Shown: one piece after another, positions 13,201 to 25,900 of the stretch | How the letters are laid out: every line of letters starts with the position of its first letter | Numbering within the stretch: the stretch's first letter is position 1 | NCBI GenBank assembly: GCA_051294905.1 | Contig: CM119372.1 | Coordinates: 1,612,001-1,676,000, forward strand | DNA from: Botryllus schlosseri | Taxonomy: Eukaryota | Direction of reading: 5' to 3' | Length of the DNA: 64,000 nt | Notes under the pieces: model-generated | Database searches by the model: none | The model's input: only the letters and a program-made list of their open reading frames with translations | What the model was told of the DNA's origin: nothing | Position numbers and translations under genes: made by a program

Positions 13201-16200
13201 CTTGGGCCCACCGTAGGGTAATCGATGCAACTTCAGGGGACTTACTATATGCATTTGGTCGTTAAATGATTTGATCGAATTATGCCAATAATATTGGTTC
13301 TTCCATATATTACTATATAATTTTATAAAGGCAAACTACCCCCCAGGTTTAGAACCGCCATCTTCGAATAAGCATCCAAATGGCCTAAACCGATTCTATG
13401 AATATACCGTTAACTTGTAACTGCGATTACAATTGGACAATATTTGCGAGGGTGGTAGTCCCCATATCAAAACCAAAATTCGTGATCCTAAATCGCGCCT
13501 AGCGCGAAGAAAAATTTCATGTAGCATAAATCGGCCCCAAAAAAATATTGTGCAGGTTGATTTACGAAAAAATTATGAGCTTACTTCAAGCCTTCAAAAT
13601 TCTGGATATTAAGGCATACTTTAGAAATTCCTCCCAGACGTAGTTTTAATGGAGGAGTTCCGGACATGTCCGGAAAATTTCGGACGTATGGCAACCCTAG
13701 TATAGATGCTCCTTCTGTCGTCATAACTCAGGATTATAACGGCAACAGTAGGCTAACAGTAACGGTGTAACGCGGTGCACATTCAAACAAACGATGTGAA
13801 AATACACTAAATAAGTACAATGTAAGTCAGTTAGTGTATACAATTCTTTCATAGGTAAGTCAAGCGAACTGGCTGACAACCGTGTTCTGGACAGGATTTG
13901 GAATCGGTCGAGGCTCAGGCATCATTACATCGAACTTCTTCAAACCTTCAACTATTATAATCGCCGATCTAATTGGAACTACAACAATTATGGTACAGCA
14001 ATATTACGAATAGTTCTAGTTATCTTAACGAAGAAATGGTCAGTGAAGCATTACTTCTAATAGTTTTACGTCTAATAGTTCTAGTTTCGCCACTTACTCA
14101 AGTGGTTTTGCTCATGGACAACTTCCGCTTCTACTTCTAGATTTTCAGGAAAAATTACTTTTAACGCTTTGGATTTTGTGCAGTAGAAAGTATCAGTTTT
14201 GGGATCAAGTCCCTACCTTCGAGTCACGAGTCATCTCGAGTCATTGCGGATTTTGACTCGAGTCAAGTCAAGTCAATCGATTTTCAAAGGTGACTCGAGT
14301 CAAGTCAAGTCACTCGTTTTTCGGAGGTGACTCGAATCAAGTCGAGTCAAGTCAAGTCAAGTCACCAGTCAAGTCACAATTCAAGTCAAATTGAATTTTC
14401 GAAGTATGAATGATGATTCCAAGTCAATACATTTTGCTAGCTGTGTGAAAAACAAATTGATTGGTCATTTATCTTGAATCAAATAACGAATATAAAGTAA
14501 ATTATATATAAAAGTGGCTTTGTATCCCTCACGCACGCGTAGAACTACTAATAACATATAGTCAGCGAAAATAGTGGAGCGAATACGAAGCATCGAGAAG
14601 TTAAGACAAATATATATGGTTCAGTACACTACCCCTACACAACACATCCACGGGAATATAAACGCATAAACTATATTCGTTCGGTTTAAATAATACAAGA
14701 GTGTTGTTTAAGGTGAGCACTGCGCAATGTATGGACTGAGCCGTCTAAGGAACGGAGATACGATGCTATTAGATTAACTTATTGCTAGCACATTGACGCA
14801 AGCTGTGATCATTTCGTTTGCATTCAATTCATTTGTGATGGGACAATGGAGTATTAGTGAAACGTACAATCCGTGAATGACTGGTTGCTCTTACCAGTCA
14901 CACCGGCGTATCGCGAACAATTTGTACATAACAAGATACAGTGATTTAATCGACACCGTTTATTTGATGACTTGAAATTGACTCGTAAATTTTGCTCCGA
15001 GTCACGAGTCAATCCACATTTCTCAAGCGCCGAGTCAAGTCAAGTCAAGTCATTTTTACTAAGTGACTCGAGTCAAGTCAAGCCATACGAAAACGTTGAC
15101 TCGAGTCTGACTCGAGTCAAGTCTCGAGTCATCCCAACACTGGAAAGTATGTTTGGGAGATGTTAGCATCACTTTCACGGGTGGATATTTTAACAGGACG
15201 TACACTTCTACTTTATCAATTTTTCGGCAAAACTGCTTACATATTGCACATTGGATTAAGTTCTCGTTACTTTTATGAGAGGAATAGTTATAAAGCCGTG
15301 TGAAATAGCCCCTGTATCACGGAAGGTAAGTTTATCTCGGAAGACCCCTCCTTTTATATGGTCGTTTTGCGTTAGTCCAGGAATGCGCATTGCTATTTCG
15401 ATGGTAGCCACCACCGACCGACTGCTAAAAGCATGGGACTCCTCGCTCATAATATACATATTGAGACTAAGCACTTGGGTACTTTTTAGCACTTTAATTT
15501 TTGACTTTCTCTTGAAGTAGTTTCTTGGAAATCGCTACTTCCCCTTGCAATTGTGTATTAATTTACATCTACATTACATTACACACTTACGTATACGTCT
15601 ACTTGAGTACGAACACTGACTACAATACTTTGACATCTTTGCTACTCAGTTTATCTATAACTTGATCACTTCACTTGGTTTAGTTGAAGCCATTGGTGGC
15701 AATGATATATTTTCCAGTATAGAATGCTACGTGCCTTATTTAGACAACCATGAGTATTTGGGGTGAGCAAGCTCCCATATTAACGTGGATCGTCACGTTC
15801 ATACATGGATTATGTGTTGCCACGCTTTATTCAAGTGGTGAGTATGCGAAGGAATACACCATCGAGAGCGAAGTTTGTTTCAAGTTAACACGCATTTTTC
15901 TTGCAGGCGTATCTTGGGCCTCGCAAGTGACAAACATGGCGGGCACTTACATCTTTGTTTTCGCTGTCGGTGGGACCTTGGGTGCCTTTAGTATGATGCC
16001 AGCTGGAGGCGCGTTGTTCGAACAGAATCCATTTTCTGTGGTAAGAAAAAAATTTGAGTTCGTTGTTGTGTATTGTAGTGTGTTGTATATGTACCATCGG
16101 ATAATATAGTCATATTGAAGTGAACCCGAATATTTTCGGCTGTCAGGGGTAGTCAGCTACTAGCAGAGAATTGAAAAGAAAATTGCATATCAACGATCGT

Positions 16201-16829
16201 ATCACCAAATATGGAGATGATTCTTCCGAGCACTGACATTATGCGTTCCTTGCTACTGAGAAAATTACCCTTGAAACGTCGATTGATCATATGGCAGCAT
16301 ACGAAACATGTAGTACACTGATACGCACATTATTGGAAATGACACATCTGAGAAGTCGTCATCAACTCAGAGCTTTGTCACAAAGTGCAATGAAATAGGC
16401 AGACAAATATGAAGCTATATCTTTAATGTTAAGTAGAACTGGCCTTACATTTTTTGTGGTCGCCTAAAATGTAGAATTCTCTCGCCACGTCTTTCATACT
16501 GTTATGGCTCCATAGCTAGTGATAGTCAAATAGGCCTCTCGACTTAACTCGAAGGCTCGGAGACTCAGAGTCAAATCATACAGGTACACGGTTTTCCCGA
16601 ATCGAGATGTAGCCTTAGATAAGTTGGATTGATGATACTTTCGTTTCAGATGTATTTAATCACCGGATCCTGTGCCGCTAACATTGTAGCGTTCGCCATG
16701 ATGAACGTCGTCGCAGGACGGATGAGAAGAAAAAAGGAATCGATGACGAGTGGCGACCTCAGTAATAAAACGAAAGGAAATTCTAATCTGGGATTCGAAG
16801 ACGAGCATCAGACTCGCACGAAATTATGA
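1226..16829 (+). CDS. MFSD4/NaGLT1-like major facilitator superfamily transporter (5'-partial, 10 exons, 448 aa in window)
   Basis: Exons with AG/GT boundaries and consistent phase: 1226-1403 (GLFISITGPTLLFLAENTNSDVTQVSAMFSGRSVG), 5493-5609 (GLMFGYLDAG), 6301-6408 (LWGEEASRPYIQSFHFGFSVGALLAPII), 10741-10863, 11403-11534, 11991-12133, 13855-13992 (TTVFWTGFGIGRGSG), 15744-15837, 15907-16040, 16650-16829 (TGA). Total 1347 nt, open throughout. GPTLL, W-G...P...Q..HF.F..GA..AP and FW..F..GR are typical MFSD4-family motifs. No start exon is seen in the window. Confidence 0.9.
2238..3943. mobile_element. hAT-type MITE family D, nested in family C
   Basis: TSD gtatacaa on both sides; CCGGA/GGAGC repeats; homologous to 60121-60564. 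Confidence 0.75.
2280..3517. mobile_element. hAT (Charlie-like) MITE, nested in family D
   Basis: CAGTGGTTCTCAGCC...GGTTGAGAACCACTA; perfect TSD acctagtg; GCGGACCCC subterminal repeats. Confidence 0.9.
7045..7402 (-). pseudogene. Truncated, frameshifted 7TM (GPCR-like) gene fragment, antisense in a transporter intron
   Basis: ORF 7402-7145 has an N-terminus with N-x-S/T sites (NTS, NYS, NVS), a hydrophobic TM1-like segment, a basic loop (GRKKELLQWKYQRRR) and a TM2-like segment. After an (AT)n slip near 7148 another frame continues MMLFHIILRRDGIRNCVTLIDVLYVFIFLGIFCTL*, with a Cys at the start of a TM3-like helix. Confidence 0.5.
7490..8436. mobile_element. hAT (Charlie-like) MITE
   Basis: CAGTGGTTCTTAAA...TTTAAGAACCACTG; perfect TSD atgtacaa. 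Confidence 0.9.
7622..7910 (+). mobile_element. Full-length tRNA-derived SINE
   Basis: tRNA-like head (GATAGCGCAGTGG, GAGTTCGAGTC), (CAAA)n tail and 13-bp TSD aagggtttggcca. Other copies at ~8650-8862 (-), ~12184-12427 (-), ~32088-32211 (+), ~36780-36853 (+) and 63930-64000 (+). Confidence 0.9.
8911..9043 (+). repeat. Representative of a ~130-bp unclassified interspersed repeat (about 10 copies in window)
   Basis: AATTGAATAGTATATTCATATTGAAATGAACCCGAATATTTTCG.CTGACACTCGTCAGGGGTAATCGTCAGCAACTAG...CAACAATCGTATCAC. Copies near 12430 (-), 16090, 27245, 37313, 38146, 38266 (-), 38729, 41558 (-), 43530 and 48362. Confidence 0.8.
9357..10337 (+). mobile_element. Internally deleted Chapaev3-like DNA transposon
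   Basis: CACTG...GTG termini flanked by TAA on both sides. ORF 9695-10156 keeps DCYF...GFN.KN...I..NLP and EGVSVGPQMRTL, which resemble Chapaev3 transposase motifs (family assignment from memory). Confidence 0.55.
12184..12427 (-). mobile_element. tRNA-derived SINE copy
   Basis: Reverse complement of the 7622-7910 head and body. Confidence 0.8.
12966..13699. mobile_element. hAT-type MITE
   Basis: TAGGGTTACCATA...TATGGCAACCCTA inverted termini; TCCGGA subterminal repeats. Confidence 0.75.
14194..15142. mobile_element. hAT-type MITE family C
   Basis: CAGTTTTGGGAT...ATCCCAACACTG; perfect TSD gaaagtat. Confidence 0.9.
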
Positions 16830-17176
16830 GCGTGCGAAAAAGGCAGTCAAATCACCGGCATTGCTATAGTTTTGTATGTAGATTTTCCACAGGAGCGCAG
16901 TATAATATTAAGAAGTTTACGAACTATCATATGAGTATAGTAGCATTTGAGTAGCAAATGAATGATGTATGGTTGCTTAGACAGGGAATCATGGCTGACC
17001 GAAATGACAACAGTCTATCGCCATCTCGCCTATACTGTTTCGTTACAATCGAACAAATCTTACTTATGCTAAAGTAAATTCAAATTCATTATTTAAATTC
17101 AATTCAAATTATATTCAAGACTAAAATAAGACATCGGGACCTACGGGGTGTATTGATATAGGACTAAACTGTATAG

Positions 17177-18061
17177 CAGCGGTTCTTTACCGGGGTTCCC
17201 GGGAACCCCAGGGGTTAACTGGTCCAGTATCAGGGGTTCCGTTGGAGGTCAATACACACGCTCAACTCAAAACTATGATCCGAGATGATGACACGATCGT
17301 CTTTTGACCATCATTGGCACCAGGCAATTAGGCGAGATCAGTGGTCGAAATGCGATTGTTGTGGTGGTACAATTTCCACTGAATCAATGCTAGTCAGCGC
17401 TCAAGATTACAGGACCATGACCTGAAATATCGACCTCACCTACTGAAACTTTCGCTTACTTATATGTTATCCTTTCCTTTATCCAGTGTGCATGCCTCTT
17501 ATTTACATGCAGTAGGTCAAGGTGGGTGTCTGAATAGAGGACGTCGTTTCGGCACCCTGCTATCTTTTCATTATATCGTAATCTTGTGGTGTATTGATTT
17601 GATAAAAATATTAATAAAATGAGGATGCCGTGTGCAGTGACTTACGCAGGAGAGGTTGAGGTTCGAAGTCGAAGCTCCGTCCCTCTGAAATGCCAATTCG
17701 ATCTCCGAAATTTATAAGCTCCTTTGAAATTAAGCAATTGGTATCAGCCTGTTGCTTTTCTACCAAACAACACGTTGGCACTTTCCAAGATGAAGCCTCG
17801 CATTTCCAAATTGATATCTGAAAGCGAACAGCAGGAGTCACACTAATTTGTAATAAATATTAATTATGATGTTTTAGGTTTGTGAGAAAATCATGCATTA
17901 ATGATTTTGTTCTTTTAATACTCTGTTGGTACACAGTTAATTTTTGCAACAGTAATGTATGGTAGTGCATTAGATGTTTATAGTTAGATGTGTAATGTGG
18001 TGGAATTTTGTCTCTATGACTCAGATAATATCCCCAGGTTTGTAAAAGCTAAGAACCACTG
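17177..18061. mobile_element. hAT-like MITE containing a retroelement 3' tail
   Basis: CAGCGGTTCTT...AAGAACCACTG termini; the TSD is weak. Confidence 0.55.
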
Positions 18062-19915
18062 TTGTAGGATGTATTATCTTTTTCCAGTCCATTGCTAGTT
18101 AAGCCTGCATGTGAATCTCATTGTAGCTCTAGTTTGCAGAAAATATATGATGCAGTCTATGACACAACATTTTAATGGTTGAAACTGTGCAATATACACA
18201 GCGAAGCAGGTTTATATTGACATGCTACGTATACTTGTATACAATGCATATTCCAAATGATTTACTCGAAACAATAAAAGCCGGGAGAACGAAGTAGTAA
18301 AAATTAAGACTCCATTCTCTATCATTACGTCAATTGGACATTATCGCAATGGGGCCGTATATATGCATACATAGACCTACTCGCCATAAAGTTCAATCGA
18401 CATGTATTCAATTCATCAAGAAGGAATACAACATAGGCACGTTCTAATTTCTTCTAATGATTTATTTGTTGGGTTTAATACGATGACGGAGACTATAATT
18501 GGCCATCGAAATCTTTCCCGTCGTGTACCTGACGAGTCGACCTTCTAAATTAATTCATATTGAAGAAATCATTATAATCGTTGATGGGCGGTAGACGTGT
18601 AAAAGGTCATTCGCACGTCGAAAAGTAATGTATGAGCGGCGACGTCACTGAAATAGGCACAACCGGTAGTTTTACCGTCGTTACTGAGCATTCCTGTATG
18701 AGTAAGTTCCACGTGAGCGTACCATTGAAGAATGCGACTTGAATGTCTTTCCACTGTTCACAACATGCTTCGAGTGGAGCTTGTAATGTACGTTGGCCTT
18801 CGAGCGGACCAGATGTTAGTATGTCTAGTACAATGCTTCTTAAGCTGGGGTCCACGTACCGCATAGTGGTTCATGAAAGGGCACTGCACATCATCACGAA
18901 GCTACAGGATCAGATTACCATTTGGCATTGACGACGTGAGTGAGGCTGCAAAAGTGGCGCCTCCAGTAATTAATTAGCTATTTTTAGGTATGGGAAAGCC
19001 TATTTAGAGATGCGTGTGATGTGATGTGATGACCTATTTCAGTCAATGTCTCTTCCGAAACTTTTGGGGCACACGCAACTGCCAACAAAACCCGAAGAGG
19101 CCCCAGGTCCAGTAGCTAGGAAATACTTCGTATGCTGATATCTCAAAAGGAGTATTGGCTGGGTAGTAGGAGAGCGCATACTCCAGGGGGAGCTCGTATA
19201 TTTATGATCTTTGGAAAAAGGATTTTTCTGAAGTAGGAAATCCGAGTCAGGAGTCACGACGCACGGGTATCAACCTGTACGAAAAGGCACATTCAGGGAT
19301 GGGGTTATGTTATGAAAAGGGCTCGGTAATACGTGCTTGAGTTGCTATTTCAAAACTGACGAATCTAAATTATGTCAAGTCTAATGCTGAGAACGCAATG
19401 CAGACGAACAGCGCGTTTTTTCACCATAGCGCAGGTTCGAAGTCTACTAAACGGAACTTTTCAGTAAGTTATAGTGATTTTTACGAGCTAAACACGCCAA
19501 TTCTTGTGCAGAGGTATTCTGGGGGTGATATGGGATTCTGTACCCATGTATTGTATGTTGAGTATGGAGCGCAATTGTAAATCGTTTCAGAATAGACTGA
19601 GCAATATGTTTGTGAGACTGCCCGAAAGAAACCTTTAGGAATGAGAACTTGGATATCACGCTTGTGACCCTATTTAGCCACGCATAAATTGCCGCGCTGA
19701 ATAATTTTAACAGCATACTACCCTTTAATCGATTAGGAAATCATGAGACATACGAAATAATGAGGTGCGTCTGTTGCCATGATACTTTTGGGAATGAGTA
19801 GCCTACTTCTATATCGCGCTTTTGAGCTGAGTCTGACTATATCAATTGCTGAGCTGAATACTTTCAAGAAAAATACTCTTCTGACAGGTTAGCAAATCGT
19901 TAGACACACAAGATA

Positions 19916-22900
19916 ATGCGGGAGCTTGTAACTAAAGTGCTTTTCTTATACGGATTTTTCGCGGTAGCTTTCGTAGGAGCCACAGCTACCGAAGAAGATG
20001 ATGCGTCCACAAACGCTACAGTACTCGACACTAAAGAACTGCTAAAGGTACCGTTTGAGGAGGAAGCTATGGAGCGCGAGCGGAAAAACGGTCCGTTCGC
20101 GAGAAGCTCAAGTCCCCAAGAATGCGACGCAGTAGCGCCCGAACGCAGGGAGGTGTGTGACGTAACGCCGCACCAAGAGTACGCGGATATCATTCTGAAC
20201 AATTCGACATTCTGTCGGTACATGGATTGCTGCTTCGATTACACCTCTACTTTCCCGATCGAGACCGGTTATCCGCGGTGCTACAGAAAAGGTGGGATTG
20301 GGTAATGGGTCGGCTTCAGACCACGGCGAACCATTCGCTAGTAGCTCGGTGTAATAGACAACAACATCTGTCGAGATTCCTAGGGTCGCGATAATTTAGA
20401 TTTCGCGAATTCAGCAACTAATGAGCAGGGCACAAGTTCGACCGTCTCAGTGATTCGATTCTAAATTGAGTGTTACGTTTTGAGTCGGGTAAAGTATTCA
20501 TTCGAGTGTCATTCATTTCGACTTCGCAACAGTATGAAAGATGTGGAAAGTTCGAATGTGCACCCTCTATGTGACCGCAAAGAATAGTGCCAGTTCTGCA
20601 TCACATTGAAGATTATTTGGTAGCTTTGACCACACCAATTCCATTGCTTTCTGTTACAATGATGTGGGTTCACAGATATGTCGCCTCCACCAAGTTACAT
20701 AACTTCCCACTACATGATGTCGATGCTACGATGTGAGCAATCACAGTTGTTTGCAGCCTTCCACAGTGGGAAATAGTATCGAAACCAGCATAATACTCGT
20801 GAAATGAACTCTCAATGGCGTGGGCGTATAAGTATGTACTCGGAAAATCGTCTCTCACAGTTCGAATCGAAGCATCAGAATCAATACTCGATTCAGATTC
20901 GAGTGCTGGAATAGTAATATTATCAACCATAATATAATATCGATACTTCCTTTCTTCCTGAATAAATCCTAGTTAATCCGAGTTTACCGGATCACGACCT
21001 GACATATCGATCCCGCCTTCTGACAACATGCCATCGTTTTTGACACCTGTCCTTTTATATTATCTTCTTTTACTTTTCATTCAGTGTGCATGCCTCCTCT
21101 TTACATCGCCTAGGCCGACGTGGGAGTCTGATGTCGAAGACTACTCAAGGTCTTTTCGACACCTTCCTATCTTTCATTGTATCGCAGTCTTGTGATGTAT
21201 TGAAATGATGAAAATTTTGGCAATAAATTGAATTGAATTGATTTCCGCGTATTTGATTTTAACCAGTCAGTCGGTCATTTATTGATATAGATTCGAATAT
21301 ACCACAAAATTGCAATTTTATGAAAAGTTTTGAAGTTTCGATATGACTTGGAGTATTTTTCTAAATAAGATACCCATGCAGGTCCGACAAAGGATCGATG
21401 CGTCAGATTTTATCATCTCGTGGGAATATTCAGTTACAATCGCAAGTGAAATTTTTTGTGCTATGTTACTGTGTTAAACGCACCACGTGCCAGCGTATAC
21501 TGTGAATCCGGACGAATTACTATTTTCAATATCATATCAATTCCTGGTAAAATTTTCGATATCTATTTTCAGCGCTACCAAATCCTCAGGTAGCAGCGTT
21601 GCTGCAGAGAGCTCGCCAGTGCTCGGCTGTCCCAGTGGTATCCCGAAAAAGCTGTGGCTGGTACCGGGAAATAACAGAAGGCGAGTGCATCTACCGAGAC
21701 TGTTGCTGGGATCCTGCTGCGTACGGCACGACTCTACAATGCTATAAATTACCGAATCAGGTGCGTGTGTGTGCGTGTGCGAGACTCAGACTGTTTCGAT
21801 ATGTCATAATGAGAGTACAGATTACCGGCATTTACTTCAATTAATCTGAATAAAGAACTACAATTATCTAGTTGTCAAAGTTTCATTTAGGCTACGCATA
21901 TTCAATGACAAGTCAAAACATTTGAAATAAAATTTAGGTCGACACAAAAGTTTAATAAATAATATTTCCATCTGTATCGCTTCGAAGGATACTATGCCAA
22001 CACCTGTCAAGGACGACGCTTATCCGAAACCAGCTTACGGCATTTCAGAGGGAAACGCGTTGGAACAAGAACGCCAAGGTACTACTTGTGCAATTTAGGA
22101 CTAGACAGGGTCATCGAAATATGTTGTGTACATTCAAATCAATTTTCAGTGTCCTACATAACTGCTCAGTGTCAGGAAATCGACTTATATTCACCCTGCG
22201 GAACAGCCGATGTACCACTGCAGGAGTGTCAATCATTGGTAAGAGCCTTAATTGTCATCTAATTCACATCATTCTGTATAGGCTACATATTGTTTGCTGT
22301 GATGATTATGGTCTCACGTAATGGGAACATAGGGTTTATTACCGCCATATAATTCTGAGTTAGGTTCTGTTTCGTACGCCACCGTTTGGGTGTGAATACA
22401 GTCCAGTTATCTGTAAAAACTGCGTATACGGTGTAGCATTCCTACGCTCAGTTATTTCCGATAATGACCGTGCCGATTGTCTCCTAGGTAATAATAGCTT
22501 CACTAAACAATCAACGAATTATGTACCCACCATTGCAGAGCGATATTAATATTCTATAGCTGTACCGTACGATTTGAACACGACTTACATTTCGAGATGA
22601 TGATAATTCTACCTACAACAGTGGCAGTGTTGTTAACAGCAGGCTGCTGTTTCATTCAGTAAATTGACAACTGATAGCCTATAACGCGTTTTCGGATTAT
22701 GGTGCAACAGATAACGCCGCTTGATTGAAAACTCGGGACACCTTGACTACCCATCGCGCGTAACCTTTCCAACTTTATGCGTCGCGATTAACAGTATTTA
22801 ATCACACGAATAGCATTCTTCCGGATCAGCCAGCTTTATTATCCCCACCAAAAATGCGCCCCGATTGGTAGTTTAATCACATGATTTGCATTCTCCCAAA

Positions 22901-25900
22901 TCAACTGACTTTATGATCTCCGCCCTAAATTGAACCTACATGTGATTATACTCGTAAACAGTAATTGGCTCAAGTCTAGGCTTTCCCACCCGACCTAGAA
23001 CGACCTGATTTCTGGTGTGTATCCACTACACAGTACGTATCAGTCTCCTTGCTCCGTGTTACACACTTGCAGACAATAATATTAACCAATACGGCCGTGT
23101 GATTGGGCTGTGAGTAGGGTTGCTTTTAAAACAAACGGTGTTTTAAAACACTTTGATTAAAACATGGTTTTTAAACAGAGTTTTAAACAAAGGCCTTTTT
23201 GAACAAAACAAAATTGTGTTTTCTTTAAGCTGTAAAATTATGCCGTAATTGTTTAAATACATTCCAAAAAGCATAATGTACGAGCCTACAGACAATAATC
23301 ACCCGATATAACCGACGTATTTCGATATGGGATGGTTTAACCCTCAAAATAGTCGGTTCAACATTAATACTACAAATATTTCGTCAAAGGAGCTATATTC
23401 ACCCTATCTTTTCAATTGTCAATGTCGTTCCATTATTACGTCACAATTGAATATTCGTGGCGTCATGCCTAAAAATCATGTTTTAAATTAGGCCTTGTTT
23501 TAAACATCTTTGTTTTAAATGCAACCCTAGCTGTGAGTGCCAGTGGATCACCCTATTCTGAAATGAATCACAATCACGTACTAATAATTCGTACTTTACT
23601 ACCAGGGTTGCTGTTGGGTCGAGTCAAATTCCTACAACGTCAAGTGTTTCAAATCGTCACCGATCGCTAGCGGGTAAGAATAGTTTGATCCGACTTAGAT
23701 AACTAAATACTTATTGTCTAATTAGAGCGACATGTCGTTAATATAATTCAAACATAATTTGTGAAATGTGAAATTCTAAGCTCTCATCTTAATTCTAGTA
23801 TAATTAAGGTTTTTCTGGGAATGCTATGCTTGAGAAATAGCCCGAATCGATCCTGTCTTGACGGACATTTGCCTCTCTCGTGCTTACGAGAATGTTCTCC
23901 GATTTCATACCAACTGAATTTGATTCTTGTTGCATTTCCTTCTGATTCTGAATTCAATTCGTCCTAAGTTTTTTAGCGAATTAAGTTATTCATATCTAAT
24001 TTGAAAAAAAAACTGTGTAGCTATAGTTCTAAATCTAATCAAATTTGGAAATGCTTAAAAGACTTCAGTCGTGCAACTTTGTTGTAAATAGACTGATCAC
24101 TGTTCTATATTTATTACGCTTGACACTTCCCGATCAATATGCTCAATCTTTCCGCAGGAATCGGGTTTCTACGGGCTCTGAACCAATTGCGGAGACTGTT
24201 GAGATTGCTCCAGTCCCTACTAAAGTGTACGATCGATTGCCAAACCCGCAACACAAAAGACCCGTGAGTGTGAAGCCTTCTCTATTTCTCGAAAACAATA
24301 TTTGAGTTTCGACATGAAATAGGCATACATGTATGGCATACGCCACACGGGGCGTGTCGCCCACCGTAGATGGGATGATTTTACATTGACTTGTTTTTAA
24401 CATTTCTATTGCATTTCCAGGTTGAGTCCCAAACCAGAGAAGTAAAGCCGGTGAGTCATGAACAAACAGTATACATTACCGTTTTCTAGAGACTGTTGAG
24501 ATTGCTCCAGTCCCTACTAAAGTGTACGATCGATTGCCAAACCCGCAACACAAAAGACCCGTGAGTGTGAAGCCTTCTCTATTTCTCGAAAACAATATTT
24601 GAGTTTCGACATGAAATAGGCATACATGTATGGCATACGCCACACGGGGCGTGTCGCCCACCGTAGATGGGATGATTTTACATTGACTTGTTTTTAACAT
24701 TTCTATTGCATTTCCAGGTTGAGTCCCAAACCAGAGAAGTAAAGCCGGTGAGTCATGAACAAACAGTATACATTACCGTTTTCTAAACAGTCTAATTTTC
24801 CATGAGCAACAAGCAAACGCTCAATCCAAGTGAATTAATTCTGCAGCCGCACTGAAACAATGTATAAAACTTTATGAATATTTTCCCTTTCAGAAGTCAG
24901 GAATCCAGAATAAAACGCCTGATTTATCGGCGCTTACCCAGATGATGATATTTTGCGGAAAAAAGGATAAGACTCTCTGCACAATGTCAATGATGAGCAT
25001 TCTAGGTGGAGGCAATGTATGTATATTTAGTTAACTCGCGTCGATAAGGAGAGACCTTTGTCACAGTCATTTGCTGGAAGTTGTGAAGTTGTATGACATA
25101 AATTGAGTATATTAACGGCTTTCCCGACACTTCCACATGCGAAACCTGAGCATCTGACTTTATAACCGCACAATTAACGCTAACGATGACCGCATCTCAT
25201 CCCGAACCCAAACTTTAATCTAAAAATTCCAACCCTAAATTTAACCCAAATGCTTAAGTGTTACATGCTTATATATCCAGAGACTACTTTCATTCTTGTC
25301 TTTCGCTGTTAGATGAAGCCATCCACCGAAGCACCAAGCGCCCAGGAATACATGAATTATGTTCTCCGTAGAAAATCGTTCGGCGAAAGTTCATCAGGTA
25401 TCCTTTTTCAAACGTACACTTTCTATGACAATACGTGATATATGGAATGGCCTGCGAAATGCATAGATGCGAGAAAGTGAGACATAAGAATTAAAGTAGC
25501 CTGCATACATTATTTTTACAGAATATCCTTCGAAACCAACATAATAAGTACCTACATCCATGCTCGCAAATTTCTTTACTCTTAGCTTGTCAACTGATTC
25601 TCATCGGGAACGACCGTCAGTAAACACGGAGATTGCAATTCGAAATTTGCGCAATTCGAATATTGTATAAGAAGTAGATCGATGATAGATACAAGATTAT
25701 GACTTATTGCAAACTATGTGTCAAGATGATAATAACGAGACACAACCAAATTATATCTATTGCTATATAATGCAGAAATACCGATGCAGCCGAAGATACC
25801 GGGAGAGATGTATATCCAGTATTCGCCAATAGGAGATGCATACCTGGGTGAGGCTAAAATAGCCGATTTATGAAATATTATACAATATAATTAAAAACAC

